Shown here: piece after piece, positions 44,354-54,372 of the stretch | Numbering within the stretch: the first letter of the stretch is position 1 | Layout of the letters: each line of letters starts with the position of its first letter | Assembly (NCBI GenBank): GCA_963833985.1 | Contig: CAWIAD010000002.1 | Location: forward strand, 960,001-1,024,000 | DNA: 64,000 nt | Source of the DNA: an uncultured Planctomycetaceae bacterium | GTDB taxonomy: Bacteria > Planctomycetota > Planctomycetia > Isosphaerales > Isosphaeraceae | Direction: 5' to 3' | Program-made: the position numbers and the translations under genes | Notes under the pieces: model-generated | What the model was told of the DNA's origin: nothing | Seen by the model: only the letters and a program-made list of their open reading frames with translations | The model's database searches: none

Positions 44354-45856
44354 TCACGCCATGATTCCCTGGACCAGCTTGCCGGCAATGTCCGTGAGGC
44401 GGTAGTAACGGCCCTGGTACTTGTAGGTCAGGCGCTCGTGGTCGATGCCCAGGAGCGACAGGATCGTCGCGTGGAAGTCGTGCACGTGCACGGGATCGGC
44501 CGTGATGTTGTAGCCGTACTCATCGGTCTGGCCGAAGGTCAGGCCCGCCTTCATGCCGCCGCCCGCGCCCCAGACGGTGAAACAGCGCGGGTGGTGGTCG
44601 CGGCCGTAGTCGGTGGGGGTCAGCTTGCCCTGGCTATAGTTGGTGCGGCCAAACTCGCCACCCCAGAGCACAAGCGTGTCGTCGAGCATTCCACGCTGTT
44701 TCAGGTCCTGGACCAGTGCGGCGGAAGCCTGGTCGGTCTCGCGGCAGAGGTAGCGGATCGACGACGGCAGGTTGCCGTGGTGGTCCCAGCCGGGGTGGTA
44801 AAGCTGGATGAACCGGACGCCGCGCTCGGCCAGACGTCGGGCCAGCAGGCAATTGGCCGCGAACGTGCCTGGCCTGCGCGCGTCGGGTCCATAAAGATCG
44901 TAGATATGATCTGGCTCGGATGCCAGGCTGGTTGCCTCCGGTACCGACGTCTGCATCCGGTACGCCATCTCGTACTGGGCGATCCGCGCCTGGATGGCCG
45001 GATCAAGCTCGGCGTCATGCTCGATCTGGTGCAGCTCGCGCAGGCGGTCGAGCATCTTCCGCCGTCCGCCCGGGGAGATGCCTGGCGGGTTGTCGAGGTA
45101 GAGCACCGGCTCGGCCCCGGCGCGGAACTGGACGCCCTGGTGGACCGAGGGCAGGAAGCCGTTGCCCCAGAGCCGCGAGTAGAGCGGCTGGTCCACCGGG
45201 CGCTGGGTGATGAGCACGCAGAACGCAGGCAGATTCTGGTTCGTCGAACCCAGGCCGTAGCTCAGCCAGGCTCCCATCGACGGGCGGCCGGCAATCTGCG
45301 ATCCCGTCTGGAAGAAGGTGATGGCCGGGTCGTGGTTGATCGCCTCGGTGTAGAGCGAGCGGATCACGCACAGGTCGTCGACCACGCGGGCGGTGTGCGG
45401 CAAGAGGTCGCTGACCCAGGTTCCCGACTGACCGAAGCGGGCGAACGGGAAGATCGACCCGGCCAGCGGCAAGGTGGCCTGGTTGCCCGACATGCTCGTC
45501 AGCCGTTGCCCCATCCGGACCGATTCCGGAAGGTCCTGGCCGTTCATGCGGTTGAGCAGAGGCTTGTGGTCGAACAGGTCGAGCTGCGACGGCCCACCGC
45601 TCATGAACAGATAAATGACCCGCCTGGCCCTGGGCGGATGGTGAGGCGCCGCCAGGATCCCGCGGTAGGCCGGGTCAGCCTTGGCAGCAGGCTGCCGCGC
45701 GACGTCGGCAGCTCCCTCGTTCTCGCCCGCGCCCGCCTCCCCGGCCAGCAGGCTGGCCAGGGCCATCGAGCCCAGGCCCAGGCTGGTCCGTCCAAAGAAG
45801 TGCCGGCGGTTGAGCTGCAACGCGCCCTCGGCGGGTGTGGGGTCCGGGCCGTTCAT
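44354..45856 (-). CDS. DUF1501 (sulfatase-like) Tat protein
   Basis: NRRHFF, GGPSQLDLFD, LARRLAERGVRF, WDHH and GEFGRT. Confidence 0.93.
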   Translation of the reverse strand: MNGPDPTPAEGALQLNRRHFFGRTSLGLGSMALASLLAGEAGAGENEGAADVARQPAAKADPAYRGILAAPHHPPRARRVIYLFMSGGPSQLDLFDHKPLLNRMNGQDLPESVRMGQRLTSMSGNQATLPLAGSIFPFARFGQSGTWVSDLLPHTARVVDDLCVIRSLYTEAINHDPAITFFQTGSQIAGRPSMGAWLSYGLGSTNQNLPAFCVLITQRPVDQPLYSRLWGNGFLPSVHQGVQFRAGAEPVLYLDNPPGISPGGRRKMLDRLRELHQIEHDAELDPAIQARIAQYEMAYRMQTSVPEATSLASEPDHIYDLYGPDARRPGTFAANCLLARRLAERGVRFIQLYHPGWDHHGNLPSSIRYLCRETDQASAALVQDLKQRGMLDDTLVLWGGEFGRTNYSQGKLTPTDYGRDHHPRCFTVWGAGGGMKAGLTFGQTDEYGYNITADPVHVHDFHATILSLLGIDHERLTYKYQGRYYRLTDIAGKLVQGIMA

Positions 45857-45882
45857 GCGAACTCCTGATCCGTCTGGTGACT

Positions 45883-48800
45883 TCATCGCTTCATGACCGT
45901 CTCGTCGTGGTTCATGACCGCCTGTGCCAGGACCGTCCACGCGGCCAGCTCGGCAGGGTCGATGGCGGGATCACGCGGGGCGTCGCCCACGCCAAGCAGC
46001 TTGCCGGCGTCGGATCGTCCGGCGCGGAACTCGTCGTAGGCTTCTCGATACAGCGCCTCGAGCACCGGCAGCTCGCGCTCGTTCGGGCGGCGTCCGGTGA
46101 GGAGACGGAAGATCATGACAGCGCGCTGGCCGGGCGAGGAGCCGCCCTCGTGCACGGCACGCTGCGCCACCGCCCGGGCCGCCTCGACATACTGCGGATC
46201 ATTGAGCAGGACCAGTGCCTGGAGCGGCGTGGCCGTAGGGAGCCGCTTCACGGCGCAGACCTCGCGGCTGGTGGCGTCGAAGGTGAGCATGGACGGCGGG
46301 GGCGACGTCCGTTTCCAGAACGTGTACAGGCTGCGGCGGTGCGAGCCCTCGCCGACGTCGCGGACATACTCGATGTTCGCCTTCTCCTTCCAGAGCCCTG
46401 CCGGCTGGTACGGCTTGACAGGCGGACCGCCGAGCCTGCCGGCAAGCAGCCCGCCAGCGGCCAGCGCGGTATCGCGGATCATCTCGGCGGGCAGCCGCAG
46501 CCGCGGGCCGCGCGCGAGCAGGATGTTGTCGGGGTCGCGTGACAGGAGCTCGGGCGCGGCTTCCGACGCTTGCCGGTAGGTCGCCGAGGTGACGATTTGC
46601 CGCCAGAGGGCCTTGACGTCCCAGCCGGAATCGATGAACCGGCGCGCCAGCCAGTCGAGTAGCTCGGGATGCGAGGGCAACTGGCCCTGGCTGCCGAAAT
46701 CCTCGGGGGTGGCCACGATCCCCCGGCCGAAGATCGATTGCCAGTAACGGTTGACCGTCACCCTTGCCGTCAGGGGGTTGCTCGGGTCGGTCACCCAGCG
46801 CGCCAGGCCCAGCCGATTCCGTGGCCACCCGGAGGCGAATGGCGGCAGGGCCGCGGGCGTGTTCCGCGCGACCCGCTCGCCGGGCGCGTCGTACGCACCT
46901 CGACGGAGCACGAACGCCGGCCGCGGCTGCGGCAGCTCCTTCATGACCATGATCTCGGGCACGGGGTCGACCAGGGCGCTGCGCTTCTGGCGCAGCACCT
47001 TGAGATCGGCCAGGCGTGCCTGATACGCGGCGTCGTAGCTGGCAAGGTAGTAGGCGAACAGACCCTGGCGCTGCCGCGCCGTGAGCCTGGCCGGATCGGT
47101 GTGCAACGCCTCGCTCAGGCTCTTGCCGTCGGCAAGCTGTGCGGCCTCCAGCGGCGTGATCGACCGCTCGAAGATATGGAGTTCGTCGACGAGCCCATTC
47201 TTGAAGCCGCGATCGCGGAACCGCTGGCCGACGGTGAGCGCGTCGCCGCCTCCGCCCGTGATGTTCTTGGTGAGCTTGTCGCGCACGACCTCGCAATCAG
47301 CCCGCCGGCCGTCCACATAAAGGACGAGGCCGCTGGCCCGGCTCGAGCCATCGTAGGCCATCACCACGTGCACCCAGCGGCCGGTTGGCAGGTCCGCCTG
47401 CGTGGTGATGCCGATGGCGTTGCCTGGCCAGAAGTGAACGAGATGCGCGCTCAGCTTGCCATCCTCGATCAGGAGCTCGTATCCGCGGCTGCCGGCATCG
47501 GTCCAGGCGCGCGAGCGATGCAGGATCACCGCGCGGTCCTTGCGGTCGGGAGTCTGGATCCAGAGGCCAATCGAGAACGGTTCGAAGCGGTCGAAGTTCC
47601 CCAGCGGAAGCTTGATGTTGTTTTCTCCGCTGAGCTTCAGGGCCTTGCCGGCGCGGCCCTCCACCAGCTCCGGGTCCTCGACCACCTGGCCGGGCTTCGT
47701 GGGGTCGGCACGGTTCTCGACCTTCAGGTTCTTGATGGCATCGAGCGGGAACTCGCCGATCTTGCCGTTCATGACCGGGGGCGCGTGGCCCTGGCGGTCG
47801 AGCACGCGGAGCCAGGCCTCGAACATCCGCGACCGTGCCGCGGCGAGCGTGCTCAGCCCCTGCTCCGCATCGTCGATCTGCCGCTCGACGGCAGCAATGG
47901 CCCGGTCGGTCTCGTCGCTGGAGAGCAGCAAGGTCGGCGTGGGCATCGCGTCGGTGAAGTGCGAGTAGAGCCCGGATTCGTCGATGCTGTTGAAGAAGCT
48001 CGAGAGCGAGTAGAAGTCCTTCTGGGTGATCGGGTCGTACTTGTGGTCGTGGCAACGGGAGCATTCGACCGTGAGCCCCAGGAACGCCGCGCCGAAGGTG
48101 ATGGTGCGGTCGGCGACGTATTCATTGCGCCATTCCTCCTCGATCGAACCTCCCTCGTTGGTCTGGCGATGATGGCGGTTGAAGGCCGTGGCCAGGGTCT
48201 GCTCGCGCGTGGGGTGGGGCAGGAGGTCGCCGGCAAGCTGCCAGGTGATGAAGGTGTCAAAGGGCAGGTTCGTGTTGAAAGCCCGGACCACCCAGTCGCG
48301 CCAGGGCCAGGTGGCGCGGTAGACATCGGCCTGGTAGCCGTGGGTATCGGCGTAGCGGGCCACGTCGAGCCAGTCGACGGCCATGCGCTCGCCGAACCGG
48401 GGCGAGGCGAGCAGGCGATCCACCAGGTGCTCGTAAGCGCCGGGCCGGTTGTCGGCCAGGAAGGCGTCGATCTCCTCGAGCGAGGGCGGCAGCCCCGTGA
48501 GGTCCAGCGTGACCCGGCGGATGAGGCGTTCCCTGCTCGCCTCAGGAGCCGGCGAAAGCCCCTCGGCCTCGAGCCTGGCCAGCACGAAACGGTCGATCGC
48601 GTTGCGCGGCCAGGCCGCGGTCCGCACGTCGGGAAGCGGGCCGTTGGCGGGAGGCAGGAACGCCCAGTGCTTCTTCCACTCGGCGCCCTCGGCGACCCAC
48701 CGCTTCAAGAGGTCCACCTCGTGCGGCGTCAGGGTTCGCCCCAGCGACCTGGGTGGCATGCGCTCGGTCTCGTCCTCCGCCGTGATCCGCGCCACCAGCT

Positions 48801-49104
48801 CGCTGGCATCGAGATCTCCCGGCACGATGGCGCGGCCGTCGGACTTGAGCCTGGCGAAGGCCCCCTCCTGCGTGTCCAGCCGCAGGCCGGCCTTGCGACG
48901 ACGCGCGTCCGGCCCGTGGCAGCTATAGCACCTGTCCGAGAGGATCGGGCGAATGTCGTAGTTGAAGTCGACCCTTCGAGCAGGGGCGCGGTCGGCCGCT
49001 TGGGCCAGTGAGGCAGCCAGCACCGGCAACGCGGCCAGAGCCACGCGCAGGATCGTTGCCTTGCCCACTCCAGGAACACTCCAGCCCGCCGCCGGTCGCG
49101 TCAT
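45883..49104 (-). CDS. Planctomycete cytochrome c / DUF1549 / LamG / DUF1553 protein
   Basis: CYSCHGPD and CSRCHDHK heme motifs, WLDVARYAD, LamG insert, HPELLDWLA. Confidence 0.93.
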   Translation of the reverse strand: MTRPAAGWSVPGVGKATILRVALAALPVLAASLAQAADRAPARRVDFNYDIRPILSDRCYSCHGPDARRRKAGLRLDTQEGAFARLKSDGRAIVPGDLDASELVARITAEDETERMPPRSLGRTLTPHEVDLLKRWVAEGAEWKKHWAFLPPANGPLPDVRTAAWPRNAIDRFVLARLEAEGLSPAPEASRERLIRRVTLDLTGLPPSLEEIDAFLADNRPGAYEHLVDRLLASPRFGERMAVDWLDVARYADTHGYQADVYRATWPWRDWVVRAFNTNLPFDTFITWQLAGDLLPHPTREQTLATAFNRHHRQTNEGGSIEEEWRNEYVADRTITFGAAFLGLTVECSRCHDHKYDPITQKDFYSLSSFFNSIDESGLYSHFTDAMPTPTLLLSSDETDRAIAAVERQIDDAEQGLSTLAAARSRMFEAWLRVLDRQGHAPPVMNGKIGEFPLDAIKNLKVENRADPTKPGQVVEDPELVEGRAGKALKLSGENNIKLPLGNFDRFEPFSIGLWIQTPDRKDRAVILHRSRAWTDAGSRGYELLIEDGKLSAHLVHFWPGNAIGITTQADLPTGRWVHVVMAYDGSSRASGLVLYVDGRRADCEVVRDKLTKNITGGGGDALTVGQRFRDRGFKNGLVDELHIFERSITPLEAAQLADGKSLSEALHTDPARLTARQRQGLFAYYLASYDAAYQARLADLKVLRQKRSALVDPVPEIMVMKELPQPRPAFVLRRGAYDAPGERVARNTPAALPPFASGWPRNRLGLARWVTDPSNPLTARVTVNRYWQSIFGRGIVATPEDFGSQGQLPSHPELLDWLARRFIDSGWDVKALWRQIVTSATYRQASEAAPELLSRDPDNILLARGPRLRLPAEMIRDTALAAGGLLAGRLGGPPVKPYQPAGLWKEKANIEYVRDVGEGSHRRSLYTFWKRTSPPPSMLTFDATSREVCAVKRLPTATPLQALVLLNDPQYVEAARAVAQRAVHEGGSSPGQRAVMIFRLLTGRRPNERELPVLEALYREAYDEFRAGRSDAGKLLGVGDAPRDPAIDPAELAAWTVLAQAVMNHDETVMKR

Positions 49105-49205
49105 GACTTCTCCCGATGCACTCATGCGGATGTCGCTGGCTCAATCCCTGGATTTTATCGCAGTCCGGGTTCGCGGACAAACCGTGATCCCTCGACCCGA
49201 CGGAA

Positions 49206-49273
49206 CCACACACGGCATGGGCCGATCGGGGCTGGTTCCACACACGGCATGGGCCGATCGGGTCTGATTCCAC
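49206..49273 (+). repeat. 32-bp tandem duplication (2 copies plus a partial)
   Basis: CCACACACGGCATGGGCCGATCGGG(G/T)CTG(G/A)TT at 49206-49237 and 49238-49269. Confidence 0.85.
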
Positions 49274-49420
49274 GCGGCTTTCCGGATTGCGGATCTTGAC
49301 ATCCAGTGCTTTGTGCCGCAAAGTAATTGTCGCCCATTCGCTTTGTTATGCAAAGTCAGTCAGTTGGCTCCCTCTTTTATTCGATTCCGGGATCATTACC
49401 CCTCAGAAGGCAGGTTCCTG

Positions 49421-50941
49421 ATGAAGACGCTTTGGATTCCCAAGGACATGCAGGAGCCCCCGCTACTGGACAAGGGTATCAGGCCCGCGTCTCCGGTCCC
49501 CAGGCACGCCCTCCTGATCAACCCGTTTTACGCCAAGGATCCGCATGCCAGCTTCGGCAAGCACGTGCTCACGCCGTCGCTGGCCTTGACGAGCATCGCG
49601 GGGGCGACACCCGCGGAGTGGACCGTGGACTACTGGGATGAGAACCTGCTACAGGGCCCGCCGCCGTGGCAGCCGTTTCCGCAGGTGGTGGGCATCACGG
49701 TCCATCTCACATTCGCCGAGCGGGCCTACGAGCTGGCGGCCTGGTATCGCCAGCGCGGGGCAGTCGTGGTCATGGGGGGCCTGCACGTGCTCTCCTGCCC
49801 CGAAGAGGCCGCGCCGCATGCCGATGTGCTGGCCATCGGTGAAGGGGTGCAGATCTGGCCCCAGATCCTCCGCGATGTCGCCGACGGAACGGTGCAGCAG
49901 GTTTACCGGGGAGACTATCGCCGTCCTTACCGCGAGGAGCCGGCCCCCCGGCGCTCGCTCTTGCCCCGCCGGGCCTTCCTGACCACGACCAGCCTGATCG
50001 CCACGCGCGGCTGCCACAACCGCTGCGGCTTCTGCTACCTCAGTACCCGGGGCCTGATGATGCCCTACCAGGTGCGCGACGTCGCTCAGGTCGTCGCCGA
50101 GTTCCAGGCGGACGGCCAGCCCTACGGCGTCTTCATCGATAACAACCTGGGGTCCCGCCCCGACTACCTGCGTCAGCTCTGCCGCGCGTTACGGCCGCTC
50201 GAGAAGATCTGGAGCGGCGCGGTCTCGATCGACGTGACCGATGATCCTTCCCTGGTTTGTGAGATGGCGCTGGCGGGCTGCACCGGGGTCTTCGTGGGGT
50301 TCGAGTCGCTGTCCGATCGCAACCTGATCGACGCGCAGAAGAAGACGCCGCTGGCGGCCGACTACGCGCACCGCGTGGCCATCTTTCACGACCATGGTAT
50401 CCAGGTCAACGGAAGTTTCGTGCTCGGCTTTGACCATGACCACCCGGACGTCTTTGGCCGGACGGTCGAGTGGATCGAGGCTAACCGCCTGGAGTGCGCG
50501 ACCTTCCACGTCCTCACGCCCTATCCGGGCACCCCGCTGTTTCGCCAGTTCGAGAGCGAAGGACGCCTGCTGCACAGGAACTGGTCACGCTATGACACGG
50601 CCCACGTCGTGTTCCGCCCGCGTCACATGACCGAACAGCAACTCGCCGAGGGCTACGCCTGGTGCTACGAGCGGCTCTTCTCGCACGGGTCGATCTGGCG
50701 GCGCAGGCCTGCACAGTGGCAGGCGGTTGCTCCCTACCTGGCGATGTCCTACCTCTACAAGCGGTCCAACCGCTGCTGGGACGTGCTCATACGCAAGCAA
50801 TGGACGCATGCGGTGTGGAGGCCCCTGGTCGAGCTCTCCCGGCGCAGGCACGTCCGCCTTCGCAAGGAATTGCGCATCCGGGCCATGCCATCCGGCGAGC
50901 CGCTCACTCTCCAGGGGCCGGTGATGTCCCCCGGAGTTTAG
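49421..50941 (+). CDS. B12-binding-domain radical SAM protein
   Basis: VVMGGLH, GEG, TRGCHNRCGFC (CxxxCxxC), GFES and TPYPGTPL. Confidence 0.92.
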   Translation: MKTLWIPKDMQEPPLLDKGIRPASPVPRHALLINPFYAKDPHASFGKHVLTPSLALTSIAGATPAEWTVDYWDENLLQGPPPWQPFPQVVGITVHLTFAERAYELAAWYRQRGAVVVMGGLHVLSCPEEAAPHADVLAIGEGVQIWPQILRDVADGTVQQVYRGDYRRPYREEPAPRRSLLPRRAFLTTTSLIATRGCHNRCGFCYLSTRGLMMPYQVRDVAQVVAEFQADGQPYGVFIDNNLGSRPDYLRQLCRALRPLEKIWSGAVSIDVTDDPSLVCEMALAGCTGVFVGFESLSDRNLIDAQKKTPLAADYAHRVAIFHDHGIQVNGSFVLGFDHDHPDVFGRTVEWIEANRLECATFHVLTPYPGTPLFRQFESEGRLLHRNWSRYDTAHVVFRPRHMTEQQLAEGYAWCYERLFSHGSIWRRRPAQWQAVAPYLAMSYLYKRSNRCWDVLIRKQWTHAVWRPLVELSRRRHVRLRKELRIRAMPSGEPLTLQGPVMSPGV

Positions 50942-50972
50942 GGTTCGTGAGTCATGCTCGCCGGGGTTTCGG

Positions 50973-51284
50973 TCAATCATGAATGGCCTTGGTATCGACG
51001 ACGCGGCCGATGCGGGCGAGACGAGTTTCCAGGGCTCGGAAGAGTTCCCGGTTCTGTTCCTTCGCCTCGTGATGCTCCATGGCGAACCTGCAACCGGCAA
51101 TCGCAAAGCAGGCGCCCAGGCAGCCTCCCATCATGCCCACTTCCTCGGTTGACAGTAAGATCCGCACGGGACCGGCCAGCGCGCCGACCAGCGCGCCTGA
51201 GACGGTCCCGCCGAACACGATGGCCGCGTAGGTCACAAGCTTGGAGATCATCTGAACGGTCTTTCCTCTGCCAGGGTATTTCAT
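50973..51284 (-). CDS. Small two-TM membrane protein (start may be 51251)
   Basis: Two Gly-rich hydrophobic segments and a charged tail. Confidence 0.5.
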   Translation of the reverse strand: MKYPGRGKTVQMISKLVTYAAIVFGGTVSGALVGALAGPVRILLSTEEVGMMGGCLGACFAIAGCRFAMEHHEAKEQNRELFRALETRLARIGRVVDTKAIHD

Positions 51285-52023
51285 GAGTCGTCTGCTCCGG
51301 TCCACAAGGGAACCGGTTCACGAAGAAACAAGATCGAAGGCACAGGGCAGCGTGCCTCACAGGGGTTGGACGTGCATGGCGTTCGACATGAACCCCTATC
51401 AGGTTCCTAGCTCGGCGGCTTGCCACTGTCAAGAACGACCCCACAGGAGGCCTGGCTAAGCAGATCCGTAGAAGTCATTGGACGGGATTCCAGTGCGCCG
51501 TGGAAAGGTGTTGGTCTTCAGTGGGTGTAACTCCCACCCGGCAACTGGGTCGCTCCAGCCGGTAGCTATCGGAGCGGCGGTGGAGGAGACGAAACCGTCG
51601 GAGCCTTCGAGACAGATGTGTCGCTTGGCGATGCAGCGAACCGACAGGCCGTAACGCGAGTGAACGTTGAGCAGGCCTCGAAAAGTCCAATGTGGTCGCC
51701 GACCTTGCTGGAATATGGGGAAGGCCGCCGTCGCTGGGGATGAAAGGGAAACGGTTGGAATAGGCCGCCCCACGAGCGATCAGAACCCAGCGGGCCACCG
51801 GGGTATTGACGACGGCATGTCGGCACACGGAGATCAACACAACACGGGAAACCCCAAGCGGTGAGGGCGCGTGACCCTCAACCGGACGCCCGCGAGGGAC
51901 CGGCCGGGCTGCCTGGGGTGGCGGAGAGGCCCGTAGTACCGTCGACGCCGGGTAACTCCGGTCGAGGGAAGGGGCCTTGGTTCAAGGTCAACGCAACAAG
52001 CGGCAGACAGCCGGGAGATTGGC

Positions 52024-52722
52024 GTGAGTCTATCACCTCCACTGAAGGTCGGGAAGTTGCAGACGGCGTTGCACACCAAAGCGAAGAACGCGCCCAACTA
52101 TCGGTTCTACGTCCTGTACGACAAGATTTATCGACGTGACGTTCTGGGATTCGCCTACGAACGCTGCCGTGCCAACGGCGGCGCGCCGGGGATCGACGGC
52201 CAGAGTTTCGCCGACATCGAGGCGTCCGGGAAGGAACGATGGCTGGACGAACTGGCGGAACAACTTCGTAAGGAGACGTATCAACCCCAGGCGGTGCGGC
52301 GCGTGTACATCCCCAAAGGGGACGGCAAGCAAAGGCCGCTGGGCATTCCTTGCATCAAGGATCGTGTGGTGCAGATGGCTGCGGTGCTGGTCTTGGAGCC
52401 GATCTTCGAGGCCGACCTGGAGCCGGAACAACACGCCTACCGCCCGGAGCGCAGCGCCCTGGACGCCGTCCGCGAAGTCGAACGGCTGCTCAAGACGGGG
52501 CACACCGAGGTGGTGGACGCGGACTTATCTGGATATTTCGATAGCATACCCCATTCCGAGTTAATGAAATCGGCGTCACGGCGCATCAGCGACGGTCGCG
52601 TCCTGCGGCTGATCAAGATGTGGCTGGAAACACCGGTGGAAGAAACCGACGGGAAGGGGCAGCGCCATCGAACGACCCGGAATAAAGACCAGGGGATGGG
52701 TACACCGCAAGGTGCACCGATC
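52024..52722 (+). pseudogene. ltrA: Group II intron RT/maturase, 5' half (RT0-RT4)
   Basis: GAPGIDG, RRVYIPK, RPLGIP, DRVVQ, DADLSGYFDSIPH and GTPQGAPI, then the insertion. Confidence 0.93.
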
Positions 52723-54372
52723 ACGCCCCCAACAATGTTGCGAACTACGTTGTTGGGGGCCTTTCTCAAAAGGGGACGGACTGACCCGATACACGATGCG
52801 GACCTCCTGCTCGTCGATCTCGACCTTCTTCACCAAGGCCCGAACCACCTCCCGTCGCGTGGCCCAGTCCGGCTCTTGCAACCCTTGCGAGACGCGACGT
52901 GCGAACTCCTCCAACTGACCGATCACCAGTCGCAATTCCGCCTCTTGGGCGGCCTCGCCGATTCGTTGTCGATGCTCCTCCGCCAATCTCGAGAGGCGCG
53001 TCCTTGCCGCCGAGATCCGGGGCTCGAACTCCGATTTGTCGAGCAACCCGTCGCCGTAAGCATCGATTAATCGAGAAATCATCTTTTTCACATTATTTAT
53101 CAATTTGCCGAGATGCTCCACCTCCTGATTCGGCCCGCCCTGGGCACCCTGCAGCCGCCGCTCGTACTCCTCCCGGACCCGCTCCGGCTCGGACAGGAGA
53201 CCTCGTAAGTCCTCCCAGACGGCAGCGTCAAGGATATCGGTGCGGATCTGCTTGTTCCAGCAGAGGCGCTGCCCGCCGAAACGATAGGCGTCAGAGCCCG
53301 TGCAACGGTAGTACGCGTAGCGGACCCTACCCTTGCCCTCGAACGCGGCTCGGCTCGTCGGCTTGCCGTAGCAGCCGTAGCCGCAGCGCTTGCAGACGAC
53401 CAGGCCCTGGAGCAGATATCGGCCACCGCCGGGCCGGTCGCGACGGCGTTGCCGGTTCTCTTCAAGCTGGGCCTGGACAGCCAGGAAGAGGTCTTCGCTC
53501 ACCAGCCCGGGGACTTCAATGAAGATTTGATCTTCCGAGGATGTATCAACCCGTGAGACCGGTCGCCGGGAGTGTTCGGGGCGGCCTCGCTGCGGGCGGA
53601 GGCGTTGAGGTTTGAACTCACCTGAGCGCGTCTTGCCGAAGGCCGCGGTCCCCTTGTAGGCAGGGTTCTTGAGGATCAACCAGACCGTCGCGCGATCCCA
53701 GGCCGATTTCCCGGTCCGCGTCGGGATACTGTCGCGCCGGAGGCGTCGGCACACCTCGCCGATCGAGCACCGTTCCTGACCCACCCATTCGAAGATCTTC
53801 CGCACGACCCGGGACTCTTCAGCGAGGACCTGATAACGCGCCTCGCCACCTCCCTCGTGCTTGCCGATGTAACGGTAGCCGTACGGCGCGCCGCTGAGGA
53901 CGTTGACCGAACCGCGGCGGGCGGCGTGTTGCTTGCCCCTGCGGCAACGCTCCATGATCTTGGCGCGCTCGTATTCCGCGATCATTCCCTGGACCTGAAG
54001 CAGCAGGTCGGCTTCCGGACTGCGGCCGACGGGGTTGCGCAAGAAGACGACCTCGACACCGCACCGGATAAGTTCCTCAAGGATCAAGACCTGATAGGCA
54101 TACTTGCGTGAAAGTCGATCCGGATCGAGCATATAGAGGCGGTCGATGGCTCCAGCGGCGGCTTGGTCCCGAAGTCGCTCGAGTGCCGGTCGGGCCAGGA
54201 TGTAACCGCTGACGCCGTCGTCCACGAAGTGCAGTTCGGGCTCGCATTCCAAGCCATCAGTGGCGATCCGCTGAGTGACCGCCTCGAGCTGGCTGGCGAT
54301 CGTGTCCTCCTTCTCCTGCTGCTCCCCCGAAACCCGGGCGTAGAGCGCCACGCGGAGATTGTCCGTGATCAT
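52576..54372 (-). CDS. Large serine recombinase (resolvase + recombinase + Zn-ribbon + coiled-coil)
   Basis: YARVS catalytic Ser, DDGVSG, RPALERL, DRLSR, APYGY, LLQGLVVCKRCG, YYRC; the ORF runs through the element end into antisense RT sequence. Confidence 0.95.
   Translation of the reverse strand: MITDNLRVALYARVSGEQQEKEDTIASQLEAVTQRIATDGLECEPELHFVDDGVSGYILARPALERLRDQAAAGAIDRLYMLDPDRLSRKYAYQVLILEELIRCGVEVVFLRNPVGRSPEADLLLQVQGMIAEYERAKIMERCRRGKQHAARRGSVNVLSGAPYGYRYIGKHEGGGEARYQVLAEESRVVRKIFEWVGQERCSIGEVCRRLRRDSIPTRTGKSAWDRATVWLILKNPAYKGTAAFGKTRSGEFKPQRLRPQRGRPEHSRRPVSRVDTSSEDQIFIEVPGLVSEDLFLAVQAQLEENRQRRRDRPGGGRYLLQGLVVCKRCGYGCYGKPTSRAAFEGKGRVRYAYYRCTGSDAYRFGGQRLCWNKQIRTDILDAAVWEDLRGLLSEPERVREEYERRLQGAQGGPNQEVEHLGKLINNVKKMISRLIDAYGDGLLDKSEFEPRISAARTRLSRLAEEHRQRIGEAAQEAELRLVIGQLEEFARRVSQGLQEPDWATRREVVRALVKKVEIDEQEVRIVYRVSPSPFEKGPQQRSSQHCWGRDRCTLRCTHPLVFIPGRSMALPLPVGFFHRCFQPHLDQPQDATVADAP

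Noticed and set aside
49206..49273. Possible mini-CRISPR array
   Set aside because: The repeats are directly adjacent with no spacers, there are only two copies, and no cas genes are present.
52723..53070. C-terminal extension of the 348-aa RT ORF as a novel domain
   Set aside because: It is read-through into the antisense strand of the inserted recombinase gene.
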